NCBI GenBank assembly: GCA_030704615.1
Contig: CM060732.1
Coordinates: forward strand, 44,950,001 to 45,014,000
From: Takakia lepidozioides
Taxonomy: Eukaryota; Plantae; Bryophyta
Direction of reading: 5' to 3'
DNA length: 64,000 bases
Part shown: piece by piece, positions 13,801 through 26,400 of the stretch
Layout of the letters: the number at the start of each line of letters is the position of its first letter
Numbering within the stretch: position 1 is the stretch's first letter
Program-made: the position numbers and the translations under genes
Notes under the pieces: model-generated
The model's database searches: none
Told to the model about the DNA's origin: nothing
What the model saw: the letters and a program-made list of their open reading frames with translations, nothing else

Positions 13801-16800
13801 CAGAGTGACTTATGCAATGGCAGTTAGTGCTAACCTGTGTTCAGCACAGATGATTATTTATATGCACTCTATAATGCTACTTTACATTGTTCATCAGCAA
13901 GGCTTGTTGATCACTTACATCGGTTTGTGATATGCAGTCCTCAACAGATCAAATGACAGTTGATCTCGCACTTCCATTCATATGCGGCTCATTTTTAGCA
14001 GTTGGTTTCCAACTAGTTGGAGCATTGGTTGTTACAATTCAGGTGACCTGGCAGATTATTTTCGTGATCGTGCCATTGGTGGCGCTGTATATTCTATATC
14101 AGGCAAGTTCTTTCTCTGTAGAACTTTGACCATTGTCTTAACTGCAATTCTCATAATATCTTCGTTTTCTGGAAATTCCTCAAAATGGGGGGAAATGAAC
14201 GGGTGGAAAGCTCAAAGAGCTTATGGGACAAGAGAAAGCATGAAACAAGAAAGAGAGAAGGGCCGGCCCAATACAACTATGCTCGATGGTTTGTCTATAA
14301 GCCTCGTGCAGATATATGCAGCTAGGTATTTCTGAGTCTCGTAATGGAAGACCTCTATGAGAGATTGGGTATCTCGGAATAGACAGGACTATCTCCCACG
14401 TATCTCATAGTAGAAAGGACAGTGAAAGAACAAACGTTTTTCACTTCTGACTTCACTGTTGTTTCCAGCACAAGCAGGGCACAGGCAGTCCTCATGTTGC
14501 AGGTTGTCCCACCTACCAGTCTCCATTTGGAGAGTGTGAGAGACCACCCGAAACCTCCCCAAAGCCCTTAGAAGAGAGGGAGAGAGAGCTGCAGAGAGGT
14601 AATTGGGCTCAAGAGTCTAACATCATGGTGGACAAACAATGTCTCCAGATAGAACTGCAGTTTTGTTGGAAGATTGGCCAGTTTCCATGTTCACCTGACG
14701 TGAAATTCCAGAAGTTAAAGTTCTCGTCTGATGCATCTATTGCGGTCCTGCTTGGACGAAATTTCCACCCCCTTCATATTTTGTGGCAGTAGGGAAGCAA
14801 CGGAGAGTCCATGGCGCTCAAGAAAGTAGACCCGATCATACCAGATCTTGAAACTAGCGTTTCTGAGTCTGATAGAGGTTGCAAGGGCCTAGGCTGTTAG
14901 CCGTTTGGTTCCGCACTGATATTACGTCATATGATACAAATGACCAATGGGTATATTTTGGGTGCAGAGACACTTCATTGCAACTTCTCGAGAGTTGACA
15001 AGGTTACAATCCATTAGTGAAGCTCCCATCATCCATCATTTCTCAGAAACAATTGTTGGGTTTGAGACAATTCGAGCATTTGCTAACCAGGGCAGGTTTG
15101 CCAGAATCAACATTGATCGACTGAACACTAACATCAGCATTGCCTTCCATAATTGGGCTGCCAATGATTGGCTTGGTTTTCGGCTTGAAAGCATTGGCAC
15201 AGCAATCCTGTGCTCGTCTGCACTTCTCATGGTCCTGCTCCCTGGCTTCGTGCACTCGGGTCAGTCTTTTTCAGTCTACAATCGTGGATTTGCTTGGCCT
15301 TGGGTTTGTCTCTTGCTTTGTACTGCTTACTAGTGATGCTCCCTATATATTTGTGTGTCTGGGAGTGTTTTCTCCCCGTCTGCCTCCAGTTGTGGCTGAA
15401 ATCAAGTTAAGTCCCAGTGGGCCTCATTCTACTGTGGTCGCATCCCAGTGCCAACGTCAACCTTGTCCCCCTCGTGGGGAAGCAAAGGACCAACTCTCTC
15501 AGCTGCAAAATGCAGCTGAAAAAGGTAGACTCTGTCTTGACTAAGCCAAAGGTTTCTTCGGAATTTGGGGAACTCGTGCAGGAGGTACTTTAAAGGGGAG
15601 GTAAAGCTCTAGCTAGCTTGTAAGATATCAAAATATTAGAACCACATCAGACCATTTGTCCTGTGATTAGTGCATCATGAATGAAAAGAATCAATGAAAA
15701 GATATTATCTTGCATTGTTGTGGCAGAGTTGGTGGGGCTCTCGTTGTCATATGGGATGGCTCTCAATGCCTGCTTCTTCTATACAGTGTACTGTGTGGGT
15801 ATGATTGAGCAAAAAATGGTTGCTGTGGAGAGAATCCAGCAATACACTGGCATTCCCAGTGAGGCCCCCCTTGTTATTGAAGATAGTCGACCTGGCGTAG
15901 GCTGGCCAAGTCGAGGCAGCATCTCTGTGCAAGACCTTCAGGTATCTTTCCCAGAAGTGTATGATGAGCCACATGTGTCATATTGTGTTGGGAGGTCAGT
16001 ACAAGGGCACACTTAGAGTCAATTATTCTGTGCTCTTGTAGATTACAGGCATCAAATTATCAATGTTCTTGTCCGATTGTCGTCGGCTGTGTACGGGCAT
16101 TTCTTAACAATTCAGCAGTCTCACATGTTTCTGGTGGGCTGGACCCACTACCAACCCCATGACGTGTAGTATTATGTGGGAACTATGCCCTCAGGATATG
16201 TCATAGCTAACAGTAACATGGATCTTTCTCCAAGTGTCTACATTTTGAGTAGTTCTTTGGGTTCATTATGCTGTTTGTCCTCGTGCCTAAGTGGTTCTAC
16301 GGCTCTGCACCCGTTCTTTGTCCCTTGGGTCATACGAGTCTGCCACAGAATATTTTTTCTCTCCCAGTCCACCAGTGGAACACAGAGGGCTTGGGAAGCA
16401 GTGCTGAAATTGCCTCATACTTTCTAGTGTAATGTCAGGAACGGTTCGTAAATCATCACTCACTTCCATGTAAAATCTGTTATCAGTATGTAAGTATCAT
16501 TGTTTAATATCCGGTATCCGTTATCGTACCAATATCTGTTGGCAGGATGTGAGTGCCAGGGCAGTTTCGTGCTGGGTTCACATTCCCTGGTGGGCTGAAA
16601 GCTCAGAATCTGGGTGAATTAGTCTCCGCGAAGGGTGCATGATAACTGGTGTCTGTAGAATATGGTCAGAGTACTGGTTCGGTTGCATGAGCATTGGAGT
16701 TTGCAGGCAATTAGCATGTGTCTACTCATTTTTGGGATTGTTGATTGCTGTTTTCTGGCTGTCTCTATCTGTAGCTTAGATACCGTCCAGCCACGCCAAT

Positions 16801-19800
16801 GGTACTCAAGGGCTTGACGTTCACAGTCAGAGGAGGCGAGAAGCTGGGGGTAGTTGGACGGACTGGGAGCGGAAAGACATCCCTCATTCATGCCCTCTTC
16901 AGATTGGTTGAACCTGCAGCTGGACGGATTGTTGTTGATGGCATTGACATAGCAACAATTGGTTTGAGTGATTTGCGGTCTAAGTTCAGCATCATCCCAC
17001 AGGAGCCTACCCTTTTTGAGGGCACTGTTAGGACAAATGTGGACCCCCTGGCTGAGCACTCAGATGAAGCAATCTGGGAGGTATAGATAACCTGACAAAC
17101 CATGTACTCTCTAATATTTACAGAGCTAGTATAAGTCATAGTAGTTGTTAATGAGAAGTTAAACTTTGTTTTTTTCTTGACATTCAAGGAACACCACTAA
17201 AACTTACACTACTAAGGCTCTCTCATAGCTTTTTGTAAAAACTTTTAAGAGGAAAAAGAACGAAAATCTTTGTAATCATGCACTTGAGACCCATAAAAGT
17301 AACAAGTGAAGAGTCCTCAGATCAAGCTGAATCTAAGAACTCTTTGTGTAACGTCTTCAGCAATGCCAGTATAACAAAGGGTAGAGGCCAGTTGGTTCTT
17401 TTTGTTATGGCTACTGTGTCAATACATGAAGCAGTCATATCCCATGGGGCGAATGGTGGCCATCAGCTTAATTGTGAAAATCTGAGCACACCTCCTCCCT
17501 GCGTCAAGGGTATATATGGATCATGGAGTTCCAGTTTTAGACTTTACTCTTGTTACTTATAACTAATCAGTTGGGTGCAGGTTCTGGGAAAATGTCAACT
17601 TGCTGAGATTATCAGACATAAAAAGGAGAAACTGGATGCTTCAGGTACTCACATTGTGAACCCAGGCCCTTCAGTTAAGCTCTCTATAGAGGAAGAGAAA
17701 TGAAATGAAATTATGTCCACAGAGCGTGTGTCTATCTGGGCGTAGGATTTAAAAAGGAAGGTGATATAGTTCTTGAAGCTCTCACTCTCACTTCCATGCA
17801 TGGTGGGGTTGGTTGAGCAGTATCTGAGAATGGGGAAAACTGGAGCATGGGCCAAAGACAACTCTTCTGCTTGAGTCGAGCACTCTTGAAGGGAAGCCGA
17901 ATCGTGGTGCTCGATGAAGCGACTGCATCAGTTGACACACAGACAGATGCAGTGCTGCAGCAGGTCATGAAAATAGAGTTCATTGCTTGCACCATCATCA
18001 GCATTGCACACCGGATACCGAGCGTGATGGACAGTGACAAAGTCCTAGTGTTGGATTCTGGTCTGTCACTCTGTCCTTGATCCTTTTGTGCAAATGTTGA
18101 ATATGGTGTACCCTTATGGGCTTAGTCCCTGTGGGGTACTAACTATCTTTGAACAAGGGTCAAGTTTCATGAGAGAACGGAGTCATTTTGACAAATCTGG
18201 GCTATGATGACCCTAAGGGCACGGCCTGCAGAATACCAACCATCCTGGAGCGGGTAGGAGGGTTTCAGCCCACCAGTGTTTTCATAAACCCGACCTGAAT
18301 CCTGCACTCGAGCACACCGGATGACAATCTGGTCACATCCGGATTTATGCACTGCATATCATAAAAAGCAGGGCTGCACTGCAGTCCAGATGTAACAAAT
18401 GTGGAAAAGATTGCACCACCACTGACCCTGTTAAAGAAGAGGGACAGCTTCAAGTGGAAGAGAAATGAAATGAAATGAAATGGTGCTTTATAACGTCCGC
18501 GGAAAGCTCATAGAGAATGAAAAGGGAGAATGAAAAGGAACTTCATGAGAAGAAAGATTTTGTTACCCTTTGAGCTGATGACAATCTGGTCGCTGGGAAT
18601 TGGCTGTAGGCAGTGGCTTCAACATCATACTAGAAGCATGAGGTTGATTGCAGCAGTGCTGCACTAGTCCACTTGATAGAAACAGATGTAACAAATGTGG
18701 CTGTGGTTGTACTGCCAGTCACCTGTATAGAAAATGAAGAGAAAACAAATGAAATGAAATGAAATGGTGCTTTATAATGTCCGCGGAAAGCTCATCGAGG
18801 ACAAAATGGAAGGAAACATGAGAGAGGAAACAAAACCAGATAAAAACTATTGCTTGAGTGACTGTCTAAGGGTGAAGGCCTCGTGCAGGTAAGCTGCCAA
18901 GCATTTCTGATCCTCATAGTGGAAGACTTCAGTTAGAGATTGGGTTCCACGGAATAGACAGTGGAATCTCCCATGGATCTCGTAGTATAGAGGGCAATAG
19001 AAGAAGTGTTCTTCAGTTTCAATTTCCTGGTTGCGCCCTGTGCAAGCTGGACATAGGCGGTCCTCGCGTTGCAGGTTTTGCCATACGCCAGTCTCTATCC
19101 GTAGGTTGTGGGAGCCACCCTGAACCGCCCCAATGCCCAAAGAAGGGGGAAAAGGAAACCTATAACTTCCGCAGGAGGACCAAAGCATGTCCTCAGTAGA
19201 CGTTGTTTGCATAGACCCGCACCCAGTTTGGGGCGAACAAAGGGCTACCTTTCTGAGGGGCTCACTTCAGTACCATGATGCGACTTACCATGATATCAAC
19301 AATTTGTTTGGGCTTCCCAGATTTCCTCTAGAGAGCTCTTCACACTAGTATTAATCTGCTGTGTGTGATCGGCCCAACAGTTAGACCCCAACAGGGCCAG
19401 GGCTTTAGGCTCAGCTTTAACATTATGAAAGTTGGTGAATAAAGGTGCAGGGACTATGTTCTTGATGGTCCTGAAGAGGGTCGCTCTCTGATGAAAATAC
19501 CCCAGACATTGTATCAGAAAATGGATATTGTCTTCAGGCTGCCTGCACATTTGGGCATTGACAATCTTCCTTTCCTCTCTGCATCTGTTTATTTGTCAAA
19601 GGTAGACTCCCTGCCCTGAGTTCAAATTTCAGTCTAGTCTAGGAGGCCCACAAAAGACACCAGTAGTGGTGATAATTAGAGAGACGAATCGCCCTGGCAG
19701 ACATCGGTCCTGCACAAAGGCTCTAGGAGGGGTTGCATTGTGGAGCCTCCTGACCCCGAAAGGAAGGTTCAGAGTCTCTTTTGCTATAGGAGAAGGGTCT

Positions 19801-22116
19801 CAAGAGAGACCCTTCTCCTGCATAAAGAACCATGATATTGCGGAGTACCTTCTGAATTTCGTAAGGTATTTTGCCAGCGTGGCAAGGATCTTACGGGGGC
19901 CGGAAGGTCAGTGCAATCTTCTGCCCTATAGACGACCTAAAAATGAACTAAGAAAAATATCATGGTTCTTTACGGTTCTGCTGGTATCCAGGGACCTGAC
20001 ATTTCATGTTCATTGGGTGGAGTAGTGACCACCCGCCAATCTTTGAGTCTGTTCTCCTTGTCTGGATTTTTTCTGTTCATTGTCATCCTAGGAAGCAGCT
20101 TCAGCTAAGAGCTACTTTTGTCTCCATGTTGTTTCCTTGTCGGGTGTGGGCTTTCGTACTTCAATTCAGATGTGGAAGCTTGGGCTGCCTCCCATGCAGT
20201 GGTGGGCTGTGGAGGTGGCTTGTCTTTCAAGTTAGCTCTGCAAGCCTGGGCTTCTTGTATTCTTGAGTGCTTCTGTTTTGGTTGTTTGAAGGGCTTGTGG
20301 CCTCTTTTGTTGCCTTTGTGACTTTCCTTGGATTTGCCTTTTCTTACACCAAGTACAATCGAGGATCCTGTCTCTTCCCTCTTTAAAATATACTTGTGAT
20401 AAGAAATGAAATGAAATGAAATGGTGCTTTATAACGTCCGCGGAAAGTTCATAGAGCTTATGGGACAAAATGGAAGAAAACATGAGAGAGGAACAAATCC
20501 AGAACCCAAGAATAAGAACTAATGTTCTAGCGATTGTCTAAGGGTGAAGGCCTCGTGCAGGTAGGCTGCCAAGCATTTTTTATCCTCATAGTGGAAGACA
20601 TCAGTGAGAGTTTGGGTTCCACTGAATAAACAGTGGAATCTCCCACGGATCTCGTATAGAGGGCAGTAGAAGAAGAAGTGTTTTCAGTTTCAATTTCCTG
20701 GCTGCGCCCTATGCAAGCTGGACATAGGCGGTCCTCCCGTTGCAGGTTTTCCCATCTGCCAGTCTCTATCCATAGGTTGTGGGAACCCACCCTGAACCGC
20801 CCCAATGCCCTCAGGAGGGTCCGTTGCGTTGAAATAAACTGTCCACTCGAGCATACCAGGAGTTCCTGAAACCTGCAGCTTTGAGCCTCATAGATGTTGC
20901 GAGGGCCCTTGCCACGAGCCCCTTGGGTGGAAGGGCCTGTAATCTATGGACATAAAATGAAATGGTGCTTTATAACGTCCGCGGAAAGCTCATAGAGCTT
21001 ATGGGACAAAATGGAAGGAAGAACATGAGAGAAAATAGGAAAACCATGTAATCTATGGAGAAAGATTGTAAGCCGGAAGAGGGCCTTGGATTGCAATGGT
21101 ACACATGCGAACTCTGCACCTAGGATCTGAGATGGAGTTGTGCTTCTGGCGCCAAGCATTGCTTGGAGAAAAGATGACTGCAATGGTCCCAGATTCTTTT
21201 CCCACCAGGAGACAGGGACACCAGGTGCCCAGAACTCACAACCATAGATGGTAGCAGGGCTGACGACGGTGTCAAACAGCCACTTTTTGGTTGGGGGAGG
21301 ACACAGATGTATTTGCTTGCATTTGGCCTGAAGGCGGACGGAGGCCGCCTTACCTTTAGTCAATCTGTCCAGGGCAGTGGCTGCAAAGTGAAACTTGGGG
21401 GAGTGGATAACCAGACCCAGGGGACGGGAAAGGATCGCAGGGCTGAGTCCCAAAGGGCTTGAGTAAGATGTGTAGCCTTGTCGTTAGGAGATGGTAGATG
21501 TAGAATGGAGGGGAGGGTTTACGCTAGGTAAGAGAGAAGAGAAAAACTTGATAATGTCCACAGGGACCCTGAGGGCCCATGGGACAAGGTAGAACAACAA
21601 GAAATTACTTCCCAAAACATCCACCATGTCCAAAATCAAAGTGCCTTATGCAGTTAGGCTGCCGGGCACTTCCTGTCCTCAAAGCCATTCTTTGGCCTTT
21701 TTTGGTGAGTAAAACGTGTTTTGTTTTCAAAGAGAGAGAGTTTAAAATTAACAACTACCAATGCATCAAGAAGTCGCTTGCTGGTCCTCTTGCAATGGTT
21801 TTCTTTGTCACTGATACGCTGCAAAGGAAATCCACGAAGGATCTAATTCCACATGCTTGGCTTACCTATGATTATGGAAGTTTTGGAATCTGTCTTCAGC
21901 ATTGGAACAGAATTCGTCTACTGAGATCTAGAGATCATGGTGGTATGTATTACAGCATTTCTGATGGGTTGAACGTTTGCTCTTGCAGGACAATTGAAGG
22001 AATTTGGCGCACCGACAACTCTCTTAGAAAACCCCTCATCTTTGTTCTCTTTATTAGTGCAGGAGTACTGGAATCGGTCCAACAGCACGATCTCGTACTC
22101 TGACAAGGTCTCCTGA
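7837..22116 (+). CDS. ABCC: ABC transporter C family (MRP) protein, TMD0-TMD1-NBD1-TMD2-NBD2. Exons approx. 7837-9189, 9689-9949, 10324-10668, 10819-10983, 11157-11477, 11668-11754, 12163-12415, 13287-13681, 13938-14102, 14968-15259, 15727-15941, 16775-17080, 17581-17644, 17821-18060, 21989-22116
   Basis: Walker A GTVGSGKS and GRTGSGKT; signature LSGGQKQR and WSMGQRQ; Walker B YLLDD and VLDEAT; [13 protein letters not shown]; splice phases consistent; C-terminus [23 protein letters not shown]. Start codon uncertain. Confidence 0.93.
9278..9380 (-). mobile_element. RTEX-like family A 3' end (partly duplicated) in ABCC intron 1
   Basis: (GAAAT)4 followed by the hairpin sequence, then a second degenerate copy. 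Confidence 0.8.
14190..14910 (-). mobile_element. Diverged RTEX-like family A fragment in ABCC intron 9
   Basis: ggaaagctcaaagagcttatgggacaag 3' end; reverse strand resembles [16 protein letters not shown] and CPAC; similar to 4100-4700. Confidence 0.75.
18462..21590 (-). mobile_element. Nest of RTEX-like fragments filling the 3.9-kb last ABCC intron. Family A: 18462-18515, 18747-19140, 20403-21420 with nested 20951-21046. Family B: about 19180-19640. Variant end: 21530-21590
   Basis: Repeated (GAAAT)n-hairpin ends; zinc-finger ORFs 18847-19212, 19296-19550 and 20527-20805; 13-bp TSD tgtaatctatgga at 20938-20950 and 21047-21059. Confidence 0.8.
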
Positions 22117-24145
22117 ACAAAGTTCAAGTAACCTCGCTCTGGCTTCACCTTTTCATATCAGTGGGGAGAGGGAGACTGTCTGTTCTTATTGCCTGGGATC
22201 AGACATTGACAGATACTTGTAGCTACAGATTGACCTTTCTTGTCCTTGCCCATACAGGTCGGGATGCTTTTAGCTTGGTCATCCCTTCTCATTAGATACT
22301 TGAGTAATGGGTTGAGCTTACAAAATCCTGTTGGCAAATTTTAGTCACAGGGCATTGGTTGACATATTGTCCATGCAGCTTCTGAATGCAGTGCAAACAA
22401 AAACATTTTGGTGACTATTATCCATATCTATCTTCAGTCTGCTTTTAAGGCTTGAATGTGGACACATGATAACCATGAGTCATGTTCTTGTTCTTGAGGG
22501 GGATGAAACCCAAAGACTTTCTAATTTACACTGTCTTGAAGTCACAAAAAGGTTAGCTTTCTTGTTCCGTTTTAGGGGGGGAGTTTCCAAGAGTCTGAAA
22601 GTTGGTCTTTCACATTCAGATGGGTTCAACAACCGATGCAGCCATAAAGCCGCACATCTACTTGGAGCTTTGTTTGGCCACAAGTGCTGTCCCCAAAATG
22701 AGAGAACACAAAACACCTTCATTGTAAATTCTTCTGTTCTTCCATGGAAAGGTGGCCACGCCACAAATCTCAGGGTCGATGATTGATATCTTGTGTTGGA
22801 AGATCCACGAAATGACAGGACTGGTTCAGCAGCCAGAGACTCAAGTGCCAATGAATCGTGAGAGAGTGGTCCTCAAAAGCTCAGAGTAACTTAGACATTC
22901 AAGAAACCAAAGCATTTGAAATACGGAAGAGGTAAGTGACAACAATCAACCAGTGCTTCATAGGGATGAAAACCACATGCGAGTTTGTTTGTACCAAACC
23001 TGAATACAAAAGTAGCCTAAGGTTGACCCACTAGTATATTCACTAGTATATTCAGGTCAGCCCACAATTCCAAAGAGCTCTAGATCCTTTTTTTTTTTCT
23101 TTGTTTTCGGAAATACCTGGGAGCGATCTCACAAATCAGGCCCCTTAATCAGACCTGGAGTGGAATCAGCAGAGCTTTGAGTAGGTATACAGTTTTCCTG
23201 ATTATTTGCCTGCCCACTAATAAGCAACGAATTGGGAGAACCGGCAGACACTTACATGTTAGCTGAGTGGTTTCGAGGAAATTCCAAGTGATAATTGAAA
23301 CATTAGGAAATTTGCTTAAGAAATTAACCTAGGAAATGGACTGGTTGTAGTTACCACTAAGGGGAAGCAACTAACTTACTTACTCCCCAACCCACTCGCC
23401 TGTTGGTGCTTGGAACGAGGTGTCACATCATAAAGGACACACGGAAGGACACAAAATACGAGATGAAAAGAAGGACACATGCTACAGGAAATAGCAGGCC
23501 TCCTTGTACGCAATCAAAACCTGCCACGTCAGCAAGATGCTCACAGCAGTGCATTACGGTCCAAGACCAAGTCAGAATGCAAGGATCCTATTGGCCGAGG
23601 GCATTTTCTTGGTCATATTGGCTTTACACTACGGACACCAAGATCAACAATGTTAGGAATGACATGGCGTCTATGTGGCGTTGATTATGGCAGGAGATTG
23701 TTGGTCTAGGGACCAACAAAGAAACCATGTCGTTTGGAGGACAAATTTTTGGACCCTGAAACATTAAACTATATTGATCTCAACCGTCCATTAGTTACGG
23801 CAGGTCGGTCTAGTAATCCCAAATATGCTAGAATCAATCTTGAATGTCGAGTGGAAGAGAAGAACGTGATGGAAGTTGATACTAGTGTTGGGCAGGTATA
23901 TTGATTTCAATATACCCTTAGGGTATAAGTAAATTATTTTTGTCAAATCATTTACCCTCCGGGTATGGATAAATTTATTTCTCATAAATTTATTTACCCT
24001 CCGGGTATGGGTAAATTAACTTTTCAGATTTCTATATAACCCCGGGTAAGGATATATATGCCAAAATAAAATTGATGAGATATTGCATAATATGTTGGCT
24101 TTAATTCCCAATGCAAGAGGAAGGAGGCTTGAGATTCAAAAAATA

Positions 24146-25470
24146 CTAGGGTAGTCTGTGCCGTTGGCCCAAGTGTCAAGTGTCATCTAAGTCCAAGTGC
24201 ATCAATATATGAAGCAAGCCATATCTTTTTTCCACAAAGCCTACGACCAGATTTGAATCCGAAACCTTTCCTTTGATATCTCTCTTGTTGAGGCTCCAAT
24301 CGTAGTCCAGTGACCAAAAGTACTTGAAATTCGTTTTAGCCATATCTCATCATTTTTCTTCCACAAAGCCTACGACCAGAATTGAACCGGAGACCGTTCC
24401 CTTGATATCTCTCATGTCAAGGCTCCAACCATTGTCCCAAGAATGCCCACTTTGCTATTTCTCGCGAAATTCCACCGACCAAAAGTACTTGAAATTCCAC
24501 ATCTCCCACACCGCAGGTCCAAAATCATGAGACCAAGTGCAACCGTCCTCGTCGAGGGCTTCCCCAACGATACCAAGCACTAGGGCTGGCCCCACGGTTT
24601 GGGACATCTCAACGTGACAAAACAAACAAAACAAAACAAAACAAAACAAACGTCTCGCTTCATATGTTGACTAGGGTAGCCTGTGCCGTTGGCCCCAATA
24701 TCCACTGTCATCTCAGTCCAAGTGTAATCCCCTATGTATCAAAATGCGTCTCCTATGTTGAGGCCCAAATGCAACCTCTAGGGTAGCCTTTGCCGTTGGC
24801 CCAAGTGTCTAATGTCATCATTTTTTTTCCACAGAGCCTACGACCACATTTGAACCGGAGACCTTTCCCTTGATATCTCTCCGTCAAGGCTCCAACCATT
24901 GTCCCATGAATGCCCACTTTGCCATTTTTGCTATTTTTGTGAATTTTCAGCGACCAAAAATTCTTGGAATTCCACATCTCCCACCCCGCAGGTCCAAAAT
25001 CATGAGACCAAGCCCGTGCACCCCTCCTTGTCGAGGGCTTTCCAACGGTACCAAGTACCAAGGGTGGGGCCTTGCGGTTTGGGACATCTCAACGTGACAA
25101 AACAAAACAAAACAAAACAAAACAAACGTCTCACTTCATATATTGACTAGGATAGCCTATGCCATTGGCCCAAGTGTCCAGTGTCATCTAAGCTCAAGTG
25201 CAATCTCATATGTATCCAAGTGTATCTCCTATGTCGAGGCCCAAGTGCGACCTCTAGGGTAGTCTGTGTCGTTGGCCCATGTGTGAAGAATTGAAATCTA
25301 AGACCAAGTGCAATTTCCTATGTATCCCAGTGCATCTCCTATGTCGAGGCCCATCTAAGCCCAAGTGCAATCTTCTATGTATCCAAGTGCATCTCCCATG
25401 TACAGGCTTAAGTGTCCACTATCATATAAGCCCAAGTACAGTCTCCAATGTATCCAAGTGCGTCTCCTAT
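24146..25470 (-). mobile_element. Tandem non-autonomous Helitron-like units plus short subrepeats
   Basis: Minus-strand 3' ends ...gccaacggcacaggctacCCTAG at 24146, 24671, 24778, 25147 and 25254; 5'-TC starts at 24670 and 25146 abut the CTAG of the neighbouring unit; internal (AAAAC)n. Confidence 0.7.
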
Positions 25471-25619
25471 GAAAAACAAGTAGTCAGAAGCAAGGCATTT
25501 GGGGGCCGCATTCGGGGGCCAGCTTTCAGGCCCTTCATAGGAAATCTTCCAGAGATTCACAAACTTCGGCATTCCATTCAACCCTTCTGCAGTTTACAAA
25601 TCCCTCCTCCACTCGGACT

Positions 25620-26400
25620 ATGCCATACGTGATTACCCACTATCACACCGTTTCGTTTGTCGTCTTAATCTTTGCCACAGCTCTCCGCATTCGTCTTGGT
25701 TTACCACATCCTTACGTGCTTGACTTATAGCGCTGTGTTTGTCACCAGCCCATCGATCCACGTGCTGTTCATCTCCTTCATTGTCCATGTGGAGGAGATC
25801 GTACATCGATTCATGATGTTGTGCAGGACGTCGTCGCCTCTGTTGCTCGAGAGGCTGGATTCCATGAATTGCGGGAGAAAACTCACATGCTTCCCTCTCG
25901 TACGCCTCAGTCCACTCGTCGGCGCTTCGACATCGTTATCTCGAGATGGTTTGCGCACCCTTGCAGATGTTGTCATTGTCGATCCGACTTACTTTCTCGC
26001 TCGGTCTCTTCCCAAGGCACTGCCGCTTTGATTGCTGCACAGACCAAGCAACGAGACTATCAAGACCGTCATCCACAGATGTGTTCCTTCCACTGGCTGT
26101 GGAGATCTTTGGATGTCTTCATCGTCAGTTCGACGACTTTCTTCGTCCTTGTGCTCATCATGCTGCTCAGAACAAGATCAATGGCATTCCCCATGCTTCC
26201 GTCTCCATAGCTTTCTAAAGACAACGGATTTCCGTAGCACTACAGAGGGCACATGCTATGTCCATCTTGCATCGGGCTACTGTAGCTGGCATGGCTTCGT
26301 CTCATCTTTCTTTTCTTCCCGATGTCACACCCATTTCTTTGTCTGATGTGATTCAGCCAGTTGGATGGGATGATCATTTGGTTTGATTGGCTTGCTACGC
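25620..26400 (+). mobile_element. 3' fragment of a CRE-like non-LTR retrotransposon (CCHC plus restriction-like endonuclease)
   Basis: RLGLPHP, CVCHQPIDPRAVHLLHC..GG..IHDVVQD, RRFDIVISRDG..LADVVIVDPT, FLPLAVEIFG, QRISVALQRA; frameshifted. Confidence 0.75.

Noticed and set aside
15455-15530. HDV-like ribozyme (ccctcgtgggg plus cagctgc..gcagctg hairpin)
   Set aside because: No convincing P1 partner could be found
19660-20050. APE endonuclease fragment (GG..VA, SDHPP)
   Set aside because: Only two short motifs in different frames; too weak to call
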